DNA from: the human T2T-CHM13v2.0 reference genome, Homo sapiens
Direction: 5' to 3' (one strand)
DNA length: 64,000 bases
Assembly: GCF_009914755.1 (NCBI RefSeq)
Contig: NC_060936.1
In this document: positions 1 through 14,945 of the stretch, in pieces
Position numbering within the stretch: the first letter of the stretch is position 1
Layout: every line of letters starts with the position of its first letter
Program-made: the position numbers and the translations under genes
Notes under the pieces: model-generated
Seen by the model: the letters and a program-made list of their open reading frames with translations, nothing else
Database searches by the model: none
Told to the model about the DNA's origin: nothing

Positions 1-2524
1 GTTTGACAGATAATATAAGTTTACAGGAATTTGAAAGATCTCACAAAGCCCACAGAAATATTTTCTTGGAAGTTTTTTTTTTTTTAATGTTAACTATACA
101 ATGCTGTTTAGTGATATACTCCTGCTGGAAAAACAATTTATAATTTTTATATTTCTCATTGCAATCCTAAATAAATACATATATTATTCAAGTTTTCTAT
201 AAAAATTAAGTGTTTAGTTAATATCACATGTATCTCTCTAAAGTTACATGAATTCAGAGTAAATTATTATAATCATCCATATTTTAATATTCAACTTGCT
301 TTTTGTATCAGTGGTTAATTTGGTAAAGTTTTAATATATTTCATCTTTATTTCCTAAAATAATATTAAAGGGATGGTAATATGAAAAAAACCACAATATT
401 TATTTAGGATCGTAAAATAAGATATTTTTCAATATGCAGAAGGCAAAGAAAAACACTAAGTATGTAAAAAGATAATAATACAGTTAATTTAATTTAAGGA
501 AAATATAATATCCAAATCTCATAGGTGTTCTGTTTCAAATAATCACTTAACAGAAATTCACAGCAGCAAAACAATATAACTACCGTAGTAAATACATACA
601 TATATATAAATAGACGAAATACACAATATATCTTATTTTTGTATATTTACTAATCAAAATTATTTTAAAATAACTTTATAGCTTCATGCTTCATGCCTTC
701 TCATTGAAACATTTTCCGATAAAATTGTTGATGCTTCCGACAATTCCTATTATCGCAATTTGATATTTAAATCAAGAACTACCTAAAGCTACTAAATCTT
801 TGCCACTAGCCTAAATGAGGCAATATTCTTCTATTCCCATGAATTATTCAAGTTTATAAAATGGTGAAATCAGATGACAAAATATTGTATTTTAATATGG
901 ACTATGTATTCTTATATAAGCTATTACGAATCAAAAGAAAACTGGAAGTAAAAATGAAACTTCAATTAGTTTTATTTTTTCTTTACATTGATTACCGGAA
1001 GCATAATTTCTTTATTTTTAATTAAATTCAGCAATGTAAATTAAGTATACTGTCACAAATTCATTTATCTTCACTAGTAAAATCTCCACAGTTAAAAACA
1101 AATAGCAATTTCTTATTCTATGGTTATGTATTGCCCCTTTCTTTTAGTTATCTATCTTACAAATTTAGGCAGATTCTCATGGGTGGTAAAAGAGTGGTAG
1201 ATAGCACTGTTTAATACATCCTCATTAAAAGCAAATATGTATTATGTTGTATTAGTGACCACAAATGAGCTTGATTTTATTTCATGTTTTGTATACATAA
1301 TTTCCATATTCTTACATTCTTTTAATTCTTTTTGTGCATTTTGGTTACTTATTAATTAAATATATTCTACATTAATTTTATTTTATTTTGTTTGATTTTG
1401 ATATATTTATTATTGCTTTTAATTTAATTTAGTAGTAGATTATATTGCTAAACATGTGAGTTAAATCCAGGAGTAATTAGAGCATATTTCATATGTGTCA
1501 CTTTATTAAGTGTAAATTTGAAAGGGAAAATATATAAATAACATTAATTGTACCATTTAGAATATTCTAATTTTGTATTAGCAGGTAAAGCAATGAGAAT
1601 ATATACGCTTTGACAACTAATCCATAGAGAAACGAGAGTTGTTTTTTTTTTCTGCTTGTGCAAAGCAAATTAGAAAAACAATCAATATTTCTTTTCCAGA
1701 AACATTTGCTCTCTGCCCCAGATTTATGTTGGAATGTTTATTTGGTTTGTATGACTCTCAAGAGATGTGGCTTAATGGAAGTACTTGGATAACAGTCTTA
1801 GAAATCTAATGACAATTGTTTGTTTTTCCCAAATAACCACTTCCTAATGATTATTATTGAGCCTTGCAGTGTTAAAATGACATGTTTAGTTTCAGATGAG
1901 CATTTAAAAATTATTTCAGCTATTCTGTTACTTGGTATAAAATAAATGTCAATTTTTTGACCTATTGTAGATGTTCAGAAGCAGTCAATTGTTTTAATAT
2001 AAATGTTGCATTCTTCACTTATGCTTCACACATGGATGAACAACAATTTGAAGCTACTAGATCAATTCTATATATGTTATTTGCAGTAAGTATACATTCA
2101 AGTACAGATATTTATTTTTTTAGATTGGATTGTCTCTTAATATAATTTAATTCACAGTAACTACCAATACTGAGGATTATGAAAAGTTTTGTCCTCCATG
2201 TAAACATGTATTGATATTTTTCCAGATTTTTCCACATTAAGTTCTCATTAATCATTGTATATTCCAGCAGCATATCAAAAAATTAGGAATTTATTTAGAA
2301 CTTAGTAGAGCTACACTATGTAGAGTGAAAAACAAAACAAAACCTTACCCCAATTCACAAATAAGTGTACAATATAATATTGGCACATTTCTAATTTTGC
2401 AATCAAAAAGGATTACAGTTCAATCCTGACTTGACTACTTTGTTCTGTGCATGAGCAAATCCAAAGATCTCTATAGCTTATTATCTGTAAGGTGGGTAAA
2501 AGAGATGTAGCATTAAAACAATTA

Positions 2525-2868
<344 letters not shown>

Positions 2869-2930
2869 TCATTTTTATTCTATTTATTTTATTACATTCT
2901 TCATGTCAAAATGGCAAGGTTAATATTGCT

Positions 2931-3075
2931 TGGGCTTTGAAGTTAAGACCATCTTGACTCTGCTAACTATGTAACTGTGAGCAAATTATATTACTGATCT
3001 GAGCTTGCCTATTATTTAGAATAAGAATAATATTTTATTTTACATAATATTATTGGAGGATTATGTGAGATAAAA
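2931..3075 (+). mobile_element. MIR fragment (degenerate)
   Basis: GGGCTTTGAAGTTAAGACC...TGTGAGCAAATTA...GGAGGATTATGTGAGATAA resembles the MIR core. Confidence 0.55.
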
Positions 3076-3144
3076 TAAATATATTTTTATATTAAGCGGC
3101 CAACAAATATTTATTTTTTACCCTGTCACTCAGCTGAAGAGAAA

Positions 3145-3237
3145 AAATATGAGATCTAATGTACAGCTTGGTGACTATAGTTAATAATGTAGTGTATACT
3201 TAAAATTTGCTAAGAGGGTAGATCTGCAGTATTCTCA

Positions 3238-3279
<42 letters not shown>

Positions 3280-3430
3280 TAATTATGTAAGGTGATTTAT
3301 ATGTTAATTAGCTTGATTGTATTGTTCATTTCACAATGTATACCTATATTAAAACATCACAGTGTACACGATTAATTTATACAATTTTATTTATCTATTA
3401 TACCTCAGTAAAGGTGAAAAAAGAAAAAAA
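3145..3430 (+). mobile_element. Old L1 (L1MA/L1MB-type) 3' end
   Basis: GAGATCTAATGTACAGC...AATTTGCTAAGAGGGTAGATCT...TATACCTCAGTAAAG followed by an A-rich tail. Confidence 0.85.
3239..3277. repeat. (CA)n microsatellite
   Basis: Uninterrupted CA run inside the L1M 3' end. Confidence 0.97.
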
Positions 3431-5149
3431 TGAATTACAAAGAGAAATAAAGCATTATAAGACTTAAATCTACTAGGCTTTTTAATAAAATGGTAATATT
3501 TTTATTCCAGAAAAGGTAGATGAAATTGTTGAAGAGTAAATAACTAGTTTAGATTCTAAATACATGTGGATCATATTTTATGTCACAAAAGGGAAATTTT
3601 GTGTTTGTAAAACAAATATATCTAATCACTTATAAAATCAAGAAAACCCACTTGAGCCTTTACATTTGTCAGTGTGTATCGTACCATTTTCTATTTCATA
3701 CAAAATAAAACAGTGTGAACAATCAGAAATGAAAGCAGTTAATAAATAATTAAAGGCAAAATATTTTAACTAAAAAAAGTCACTTTAAAGGAGCCTTACT
3801 TCACTCTTTAAACAATAATAACAAAAATAAGACAATAAGCTAGTTAAGAAGGATGATTCAGACAATTGTCAATTTGTATTTTGATGTCAGGAAGCCTTTT
3901 ATATTACTGCTTCAAATAGCAGGACACTTGTCAGATGGCTCATCCACCCTTTCTAAAACTTTTCCCTACAATGACTAAACTATATCTTTATAATTAGTTA
4001 TGTATGTACTCAAGATAATAGACATGTAAGGACTAATGCAAAACAAACTATAAAATATGCATTTACCATTATCTTATTATCCTATTTTTCATTTATCTGT
4101 CTTTTTACTTTGTTTCCCAGGAACTGCCCTCATTTATCTCCCAGCACTATATTATAGTCCTGTGACAAGCCATATTGAAGCTGAGGCAAAAGGAAAAATC
4201 AGTAATATTGATCTTGTCTTTGTTTTAAAATTTATTTTGTTAATTTTGGATTTTTTAATTTTTTTATTTTCATTGTATTATATTAAAATATTATTTATTT
4301 AGATTGCTGAGTTGATTGATGCATACTCAAACTTTCACTCAAAGTGAGTGCCTCACTTGCTTCAGCCTAGTCACCACCCTGCTAACTTTTGCTTGGTTTG
4401 TACTCTTTCTTAAAGCTGTGTAAACCTGGTGTTCTTTGAAAACTTGTGGTTCATGAGTTTGCTTGTTAATGCAAACCAAGAACATCACATCTACTGTAGT
4501 GGAATTGAAATTATATAAATCAAATTTGTTTAAGTGGAAAAAATTGAAGAAAATTGAGGTAAAAAGAAAATAAAATTTCAAAATTGATGAAAACTCTGAC
4601 TTAATATATTTAAAGATACACAATGATATTGTTACCAAGAAGGAAATTCCACCTACAAAAAAAATTGAATATGCAGAGAACTGACAGGAGTTCTTGGTTT
4701 TCAATCAATCTGTTTCTTTGTTTTCTCCACTCTACTCCATCTTTCATAATTTGCACAAAAGGTATCTTTGCTGCAAGTTCCTGAGACTGAGGAATTCCAT
4801 AGCATGGGATCAATGATATTATTTATCTTTCCCCACTGACAGCTTAAGGTTTATTTTTTTTCAAACGTTTATTATTTACCTCTAGTCCAGAAACTTCCCA
4901 GATAGCAAAATGTTGTTGCATTGTTCTAGACCTCCAACCTCCCATTTTCAAAGTTTGTGTCTTGAAATGAAAACAAAACACTCTTTAGTGTCATTTTATT
5001 GGAGCTCAAGGATGGGAAGTAGATGTAAGTGTTCAATGTGCCACCTTTACATTAAATTTAGCTTTATAAATGTTTAATGTACCATTATATGTACCAATAC
5101 CAATAATGTACCATTAGTAACATTAATATACCATTAATTAATGGTATAT

Positions 5150-6282
<1,133 letters not shown>

Positions 6283-6962
6283 TCAGTGGACATAGTTACA
6301 TATCAGCAGAATCCCAACTCCTTAAACTAGTATTAATCTTTCACAAATCTTGTCCTGATCTACTTTAATATGTAACTTTTATCCATAGCAGCTGTCAAAC
6401 ATAATATTTTCTATCCTCTTACATTTAGCTGACATGCCTGCCAAAATAAGCAACTAATTCTTACTAAACACCTTCTTCATACCTTTCCTGATTCCATTTC
6501 CTATGCCAAGAATCCCTCAGTTTTCTTCAAAGCCTAGGTTCAAATCAACATCTGCAATGTACTTTTGCTGCTTCCCTCAGCTGAAAATGATGTCTCATTC
6601 GTCTTAATACTATAAACTTTATAATATACTTTCATATTAAGTAATACTTAATACTTCTTAATGGATATTGACATTTTCAACTTACACTTTATAGTTAAAG
6701 CTCTACTGTATTTTAAAGTGTATATTAAATTTCCCCACTGTGTATCATTTCCATGGTGTTAGAGTTAAAAATTTACAATGGTAAATCCCCTGCAGATCTC
6801 TGCACAGTTTCATACATAGTTAACCCTCAACAAATGCTTGTAAAATAAATGAATGGATGCTTTTAATAATCATAGGTGTTTGTGTGTTTCTTTAAACTAT
6901 TTCAAAAGATATCCACAGAAAATTTCATAATTTATTCTAGACAATACTAGTTATGTATTCCA

Positions 6963-7420
6963 TGTCATAGGACACAGGAAATGCTACCTACAAATATAGA
7001 CTTATTGTAGACTGAGTATTTTAAGCTGAAGGAAATTAAGAAAACCATAGAAGCAGAAAGATCTCTCTGACCTTCTCCTGTCCCCTCTTTTGAGGACCCT
7101 AATGTGATATGCACTTACTCATATCTATAGGGTAGGAATGTTACACAAAGAGGCCAAAAAGAATCTGAACAAACAGGCCTTGCCAAGTTACTCCCCAGTT
7201 TATTGCCATTAGTACGTATCATTTTTATCAAATTATTCTTTTACATAACTGTCCATTCTTCATTCCACCCCATGGATAAAAATACATTTTTCACCATTTC
7301 TCTGGGACTTTATTGCTGAAGGCTCCTGTGTCATGTAAAACTTTGAATAAATAAATTTGTTATACTTTTCTCTTGTTAATCTGTCAAGGAGTGCCAGCCA
7401 GAAATCTTGAGACCAATGAG
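6963..7420 (+). mobile_element. ERV1-class solo LTR (MER34/MER39-like; subfamily uncertain)
   Basis: TG start, TATTTTAAGCTGAAGGAAATTAAGAA and AATAAATTTGTTATACTTTTCTCTTGTTAATCTGTC near the 3' end. Confidence 0.6.
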
Positions 7421-7629
7421 AAAAATATATTGGCATACATATGGCATTTAATATCTAATAAGTTTTTAGTAGCTTTTGTTGTCTACTGAGGTGTGATGCT
7501 TACTGAATTCTCTATTTATTTACAAAGTCTATCTGTAAATATTTTGTTAAATAAACCAGTGATTACATAACTTTTGGATCTGTGTGATAGTCTTATTTAT
7601 AGAATTATCTGGTTTTCATTATCTGATTT

Positions 7630-7860
7630 CATTCAGTCAACAAAATGTTTTGATTACTTATTATATTACAGGCACTATGCTAGGCACTGTATATAGTGTT
7701 TAAGTTTTGTGGGAGAGATACACAAATAAACAATAAACAATTATACTTATTATGGCAAGTGTCATGAAGTAAAAGAAGTCTATGAGAGATAATGGCTAGA
7801 TTGAAATGTTACAAAAGGTCTTTCCAAAGAGATCTTCAAACTACTTCAGCAGAGTCTGAG
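7630..7860 (-). mobile_element. L2 3' fragment
   Basis: ATTCAGTCAACAAAATGTTTTGATTACTTA...CAGGCACTATGCTAGGCACTG is the reverse L2 tail pattern. Confidence 0.6.
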
Positions 7861-7910
7861 AAATAGGGAGCTATCATATAGCAATTATTATCCCTATACA
7901 TGTATATATA

Positions 7911-8692
7911 TGTTAGCAGTGGTGAATCCATGTGGGTCTGCAGCAACCTCAACTCTGGTCTTCTTAGAAGAAAGAATTCGACCTGGGGCAAAAGGCAGAG
8001 TGAGAGGCCAAGGCAAGTTTTAGAGCAGGGGTGAAAGTTAATTAAAAGTTATAAGAAGGAAGGGCATGAATGAAAGGAAGTAAAGTATACTTGGAAGAGG
8101 GCCAAGCAGGCAACTTGAGAGATTCAAGTGTGAAGCTTGAGCTTTGACTTGGCATTTTGTACATTGGCATGCTTCCAAGCGGTTGCATCCCTTCTCCCTT
8201 GATTCTTCCCTTGGGGTGGGCTGTCTGCCTGCACAGTGGCCTGCTAGCACTTGGGAGGGGTTGCATGAGCAGTGTGTTTACTGAAGTTATACGCATGTAC
8301 AACTGTGGCATTTTTCCCTTACAAGTCGAATGTTTAAACTCTACCATTTTGCCCCTTAGTGACTTGAGGCATTTTTCCCTTCCCAGTTGAGTATTCCTAG
8401 AGGAAGGTCATATACCAGTTAAACTCTACCATTCTGCCTCTTAGTGTGCATTCTTGAGCACACTTACTCAACTTCTGAGATCTTATTAGGAAACTGCTGA
8501 TCACCAGTTTCTGGTGTTTCTATCTATTAGGAGACTGCTTTTCCCTGGCATGGGCTGCAACCAATAATTCTTTTAGAGAGACAGTTTAACAACTGCCTGA
8601 TCATAACCTGATCGTCTCCTGGCATTCCTGGTGGTTGGTAGGGAGGGGCCTCTCCTGCCTTGCTCATGTCTGCCTGACTACCTAATGTAACA
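7911..8692 (-). mobile_element. MER50 solo LTR (ERV1)
   Basis: TG...CA termini. Reverse complement reads ...GGCAGACATGAGCAAGGCAGGAGAGGCCCC...GTTGCTGCAGACCCACATGGATTCACCACTGCTAACA, matching the recalled MER50 consensus. Confidence 0.85.
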
Positions 8693-11600
8693 TGTGGAGC
8701 AGAGGAAAATTTACGAAAGATAGAACTATTTAAAACTACCACTATAATCTGAGCAGCAAATGTTTGTGAAATCTTGTAAATGTCTCTAACAAATACAACC
8801 TAATAGGTTGTATATTTATAATAGTATTTATAAAAACATAAAAAACACAAAAGGTCTAATAGGTTCCCTACAGTAATGCCCTAATTATGCTTTAATTCAT
8901 CAATAAGAAAATTCTGGTTTATGTTGAGTATTCCACATTTACACAACTGGGACAAAATTAAAAGAGTATACCATGTAAATGCAGCGTAAAGGCATCATTT
9001 GTATCTACTTGGAAGAGTCTTTCTTTGCTACTTCATGAAATTATCTCATTTGTTTTGGATTGCAATACAGAATATAATGAACAATTTTAAATTATAAAAA
9101 TAGAAAAAAAATCAGTTTATGTTGCTCATTTACCCACAGTAAAGACTTTTGTCACGGCATGCTAAAAATACTTTAGAAAGATTTTACTGATTGCTTTCAT
9201 TTAACTGCCACTTTGCCATTTATTGGCTTAATTTTGCACAGAATGAAGCACACTTAAAACTCAAGGAAAGATATTAGGTTTTAGTTTTACACACTCCATC
9301 ATGAAAATAATAAAATGAAGAACGGATTTTTTTTTCTTTTTTTGGTATTTGCCAAGTATCTCTCAAAAAAAAAGAAAAAAAAAGCCCCAAATCTCTCAAG
9401 TCACTCAAGACAATCTAAGCACACAAAAATAAGCATATTTTCCTTTTATATTCCTCTCGAATTCAAACCAATATCTATCTCATTTTACAACACATGCCAT
9501 TGTCTTTCAAAATATATGAAGTAATCAAGTAAAATTTCCACAGTAAAAAGCCATATCGTAATTGGGAAAAATCTTTACTTTTTAAAGGTTTTTTTTTGTG
9601 TGTGTGTGTGAGACTTGCTTCAAAGCAGCTCTGCATTTTTTCAGTGTAAATTAATGAGCTTAAGTAAATATCCTTTTGTTTAAATAAATAAAGGAGCTAT
9701 GAAAGTGCATCCATCAAGAGCTAGGCCATTAAATTGAAACATATCTATAACTACTTAATTATCAGAATAAATGACTGTGCTAAAAGAGGACAGGTTGATT
9801 AACATTTTTTTTGTTACAAACACTTGCATATTAAGTGATAGTCAAGTTTTTGTGAATCCTTTTGCTGTTGAAATGTTTCAAGGGATCATCTAACATATGT
9901 TCAAGTTACCAGCAGAAAAAGGCTATATGAAACAAGCATACATCATCCAATAGCATGAGTCTGACGACCCCTGAATATGACCTGCTCCCAGAGGAAACCA
10001 ATATAATGCTCTATCGCACACAGAGTAGTATGTATGAATGACAGAACCTCCTGATAAATTAATGACAGGTACATCTGAATAGGATTCCTTCTAAGTCACT
10101 TATCTGCAGCCAGGCAAACTTGTCTCACCCTCACTTTCAAAGATAAAGCCACATGGCATGTTTCCTTAGCAGATTCTCACAAAGCAAACAGCCCCCATTG
10201 GCCATTATTGGGGAAAAAAATTCCCCTTATTATTTCAGGTAATGTGACAGCAAATGGTATAAAGTGAAAACTATCTTCCAGTTGAAAATTCATCATTTAC
10301 CCCTCTCTCTCAACTATCAGGCCTTACGTCCTCTCTAACTTTCACAGGCTCTGTGCCTCTTGCTCTTTTACTTTTATTTTTGACAGTTCTGCTATCCCAG
10401 AGTTGTAGCCATGGCAGGGTTCAAGAACAAAACAGCAGGCTATCAAAGACAACTTATCACAGGCCAAACAGTGAGCAGAGATGGCCACCATTAGCGAGTA
10501 GCCAAAAGACAGACTGATGACAGAGCAAAGAAGAAAAGTGAACCAAGCTTCATCATTAACTGATAGCTTATTCTGTTTAGAAAATCCAAGAGAAAAACTG
10601 GGATAATAAATATATGTCCTAAGTATTTAGGCATATTAGTCACAGAGATTTTTAAATTATGTTAAAAAAAGGCATGGAAAATGTTTATTTGTGAGGGATC
10701 TTATTTACACACTTTATCAACCATAAATACATTGGAATATCAAAACCATGTAAAACCATATGCCTTAAACTGAATATCAGTTAATAGCACAAATACATTA
10801 TCTTCTTCAGAGTTAAGTATCTATTATTCTTTTAAACTAAACAGTAAAACAAACATATCAATTCTCACTTTCTGTATTCCTTATAAGAATGCAGAAATTG
10901 CACTTAATCAAGACTATCTCATTATATATCTTAACAAATGCCATATCATATTACCAGGACAGTTATATAGCATAGTAAAATTCAGTAACACAAATCAACA
11001 GGACTCACGTTTTAGTTTCTGTAGAGATAGCCTTTCTCACGCAGAATCAGGGCTGTGCTTTCTGGGTGAGTCTGTGTTAAATTAAAATGACAAAAATCTT
11101 AGTTTCTCATTCCACTGTCACTTAGAATGCATGCAAATAAACTCCCAGTTAGTCAAGGGGAAAAAAATTGCATTAAAGAGTCCTGATTTGTAAATGTGGT
11201 CTTTTCAAATGTAGATGATGTTTACCCCTCTCTCTCCCCCAATATCTTTGCAAAATTTCAGCCCAATGAACTCATTGCTGTAGAAACTTAACTAAGGCTA
11301 TGGTCAGTTAATGAAATTCAAGTCTGGGATTAAGCTCCATAAACATGCAAAATGGCTGGGCATCTGGAATTGGGAGAGACATGGATGATGCTGGAAAGAA
11401 AAAGAAATAAGCCATGTAACTTAGAGAATAAACAATATGATCAATTTAGCTAAATTATCTGTTGTCCTATATATGAGGTGATTCACAGTACCCTAAATGT
11501 TTAAGAAATAAAAGCAAAATGTTTTGAAAATATTACCAATACCATATCCAATGACACTTTGGGGGATATAAATATAGCTACTAAATTTACCTTCTTTGAA

Positions 11601-12459
11601 ATTACACAGGTTTAATTAGATTGGATGTATTTCCTTTATAGCCGCAATAATTTAAACCACATTAAACACCATTCAAAATATGAAAGAACTTCAGTTAGTA
11701 GGCAATAAAAATTATTATTTCTGGTCTATTTAGCTACTATGTTATAGTGTTACTTGATTTGCAATGTACTTCAAAGTCATCAGTAATTTCTTAGAAGTTT
11801 TAGCAAATGCAGAACTAAGATGTTCAATTAAAACATTAAACTCTACCTGTGAACCTCCATATTATAATAATGTTATTTTATTTTTTATGAGTTAGGAAAA
11901 TGTAAAAATGTATTCAGAAAAATTCATTTGAATATTTAAAATTTTAACTGCTATGTATTATTCCCCAGTTTATTTAAATTATATAAATGCATAGTCATAA
12001 TAGTTTTTCCATTATTACATGTCAAGATTTTTATACTGTATTATGGAATATTTTTGAATTTTCTAGTTAACTATCCATTAACTCAACAAATATAAATGTA
12101 GATCAGGAAGCCCTTAACATTCCCTCTGCTTGACTGAACTATATATAGGTTTCTTTCTGACTCTAGGCCCCTAACCTCTTTTTACTTAGAACATTTATTT
12201 CAGAACACTTGTTATTTTATTATTTTTCTACCCCTTTGAGATGTAAATCTTCTCTCTGCACCTTGCTAGTTTTACAACCCAGTAAAGTCTTTCTCTAGGA
12301 TCCAGAGATACATCCCTTTGAAATGTAAACATAAAGAAAAATAATGGCCTTATCTCCCAGTCTCTATGGGAGAGTATAAGCCTAACTTAGATGAGCAATA
12401 TTAGCAAACACAGATGGCCTGATAACACTGGCAAATCCCCTCACTAATATCCTCTGGTA

Positions 12460-13195
12460 GAATGGTTTCTTGGGGTTGGTTCCAGGAACCTCACAGATAC
12501 CAAAATTTGTAGATGCTCAAGTCCCTTAAAAATCATCTCTAGATTGAGGAGAGCCAAAATTACCTGGTGACCATCCAGAGGCAAAACTCTTTATCTGTGG
12601 AATTCAGAAGTAATTATACTGTTATTTAAAGCCCACATCTTGTTCCAGGTTTCTTTGCAAAAAACATATAGTAACTAGAATTTCTATACATCTCTGGAAT
12701 GCATGACTATCAAAACTCATTGTGCAACCCTTACTGACATTAAGGCACCAAAATGTCTACAAATGTAATCATTTATCATGACCTACATGGCTAATATGGT
12801 CCAAAATACTCTTAATCTCCCGCTTTAAGGTCCATATATACCTCTAAAGAAAAATCCACCATGGCATGCTCAGTCCTCTCTTGCTGAAGCGTCCCACTGC
12901 ACTCTTCTGCAGTGTTCTTTCTAACAAAACCTTCCTTTTTTAAACCTATACTGATGTTGATAAATTCTTCTTACCAACCCTTGCGTCAACCACTTTCCAA
13001 TGCCTGTACTTTGCCACCTCCCTGGCATAGATTACTTAATACCATGTAAGTGTTATGTAAATAGTTGCTATCCTGTATTTTTATTTGTATTATTTTTATT
13101 GTTGCATTGTTACTTTTTTTGTTTTCCAAGTATTTTTTATTCACAGTTGGTTGAATCCCATGGATGAGGAACCTGCAGATACAGAGAGACAATTA
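12460..13195 (+). mobile_element. MER2 (Tigger-family) non-autonomous DNA transposon, split by an LTR
   Basis: GGTTGGTTCCAGGA...GATGCTCAAGTCCCTT...AATCATCTCTAGATTACTT...GTTGGTTGAATCC...GAACCTGCAGATACAGAG, with flanking TA at 12458-12459 and 13196-13197. Confidence 0.85.
12545..13027 (+). mobile_element. Solo LTR (MER84-like; subfamily uncertain)
   Basis: TG...CA termini, 483 bp, exact 5-bp TSD TAGAT at 12540-12544 and 13028-13032. Confidence 0.75.
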
Positions 13196-13854
13196 TACTT
13201 TCCACTAGTTCACCTAATTTGCGAACAATCCTACCACCTTGTGTTTCAGTAGAGTTCAGTTCAATATCTCCCCTTCTTTGTAATAAATGCCAAATACACT
13301 ACTAATCTTATAAATCTTCCTTGACTGTTTAACTCTAAGTGCAATTTTTCTTTCACATTCTCAGGTGTCTATTATGTGCCAGCAGGCACTCTGCTAATTC
13401 AGTGCTGTGCAAGGTATGCCTTGATAATACCTACTATCTAGCACAAGACTGATACAAATAATTTGATATTTAAAGGACAGTGATAATGCTGTGTCTGGGA
13501 AAACAGAAGGGAGGTGCCTGATAAAAGAGGAACAGAGAATAAAAAGTATAATAGAGGAAATATCATCAAAGCCAGTCACTTCATGGTATTATCCAGGCAA
13601 TTTTCAGTAGGGAAAACACTCCAGGAGGACATCAGCACATGTGAAAACCTAGAAAGAAGATAAACATTACAGTATGAAGACAAGAAAAATCAGAATGGCT
13701 ACAGTGTATTCAGTGAAATGGGAGGGGTGTCAGGAAATGAGGCTAAAACAAAATAAGAGAAAGGAAAGGCACTTATTTTTCAATATTTGTATGCGAGTTC
13801 ACTTTTATTTTAATCAATAGATTAATGAGCAAGACAATATAACTTAATATTCAC

Positions 13855-14055
13855 TGCCAAGGGCTTTGGTGTCAGACTAACAGGTTTTGAAATTTGACTC
13901 TACCTCTCATAAGTTGTATAATATTAGGCAAGTTGTCTAACCTCTCTAAACTTCAGCTTCTTCATTTCATTCATAAGGATAGTACATGAAGTTTTATGTG
14001 GATTAAAGGGAATTGTACCTAAAATATTAACTTAAGTCTTGGTACACAGAAAATG
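13855..14055 (+). mobile_element. MIR
   Basis: GGGCTTTGGTGTCAGAC...TAGGCAAGTTGTCTAACCTCTCTAAACTTCAGCTTCTTCAT, followed by a (GAT)n-like tail. Confidence 0.75.
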
Positions 14056-14212
14056 ATCGATGATGATGATGATGTGGTGATGATGATAGAAACCAATCTA
14101 TGATACTGACAGTGAAGTACACATATACTATATACTAGGTCCTGGGAGTTACAAAGTGTTTGAAGAAAACAGAAATTGCTGGAGTGTTTTTAAAATGGAA
14201 ATATATTATCTA

Positions 14213-14550
<338 letters not shown>

Positions 14551-14945
14551 GTTGGGAAGTGAATGTTATAATTCAGGCAAGATACAATAGCGGTGTGAGA
14601 ACAGATAGTAGAAGCTAAAACTTTGTTTGAGTAAATATTTGCAGATACATTAACTAAAAGTCGACATTTACTGAAATGATGGGTTTATAATAGGATGGCC
14701 TAATAATAGGATAAACATACTTCTGCTTTTTAACTGTTATCTGAATGTAATTATTAATAGCAGAGCCTTCTACTTATAAAATTATCCTTGTTTGGATGAT
14801 GAACTATGTTGTAGAAGTCTTTGTAGGAATCACTTCATATGTTTTATAAGAGAATTGTTTAATCAAGCCAATCAATCGAGTGGATGACATCTTCAAAATA
14901 TAATATAGCAGCAATCATAAGAGAAAGAGCTTTCAGGTGCAATGT

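Larger units (their letters stand above)
12097..13357 (+). mobile_element. ERV1 solo LTR (MER67-like), interrupted by MER2 and a second LTR
   Basis: TGTAGATCAGG...CCCTTTGAGATGTAAATCTT...TCCCAGTCTCTATGGGAG. Resumes at 13198 (CTTTTCCACTAG) and ends GTGCAATTTTTCTTTCACA. Confidence 0.65.

Noticed and set aside
4339-4704. 121-aa hydrophobic ORF
   Set aside because: F/I/L/K bias is expected from AT-rich DNA. It has a non-ATG start and no recognisable domain.
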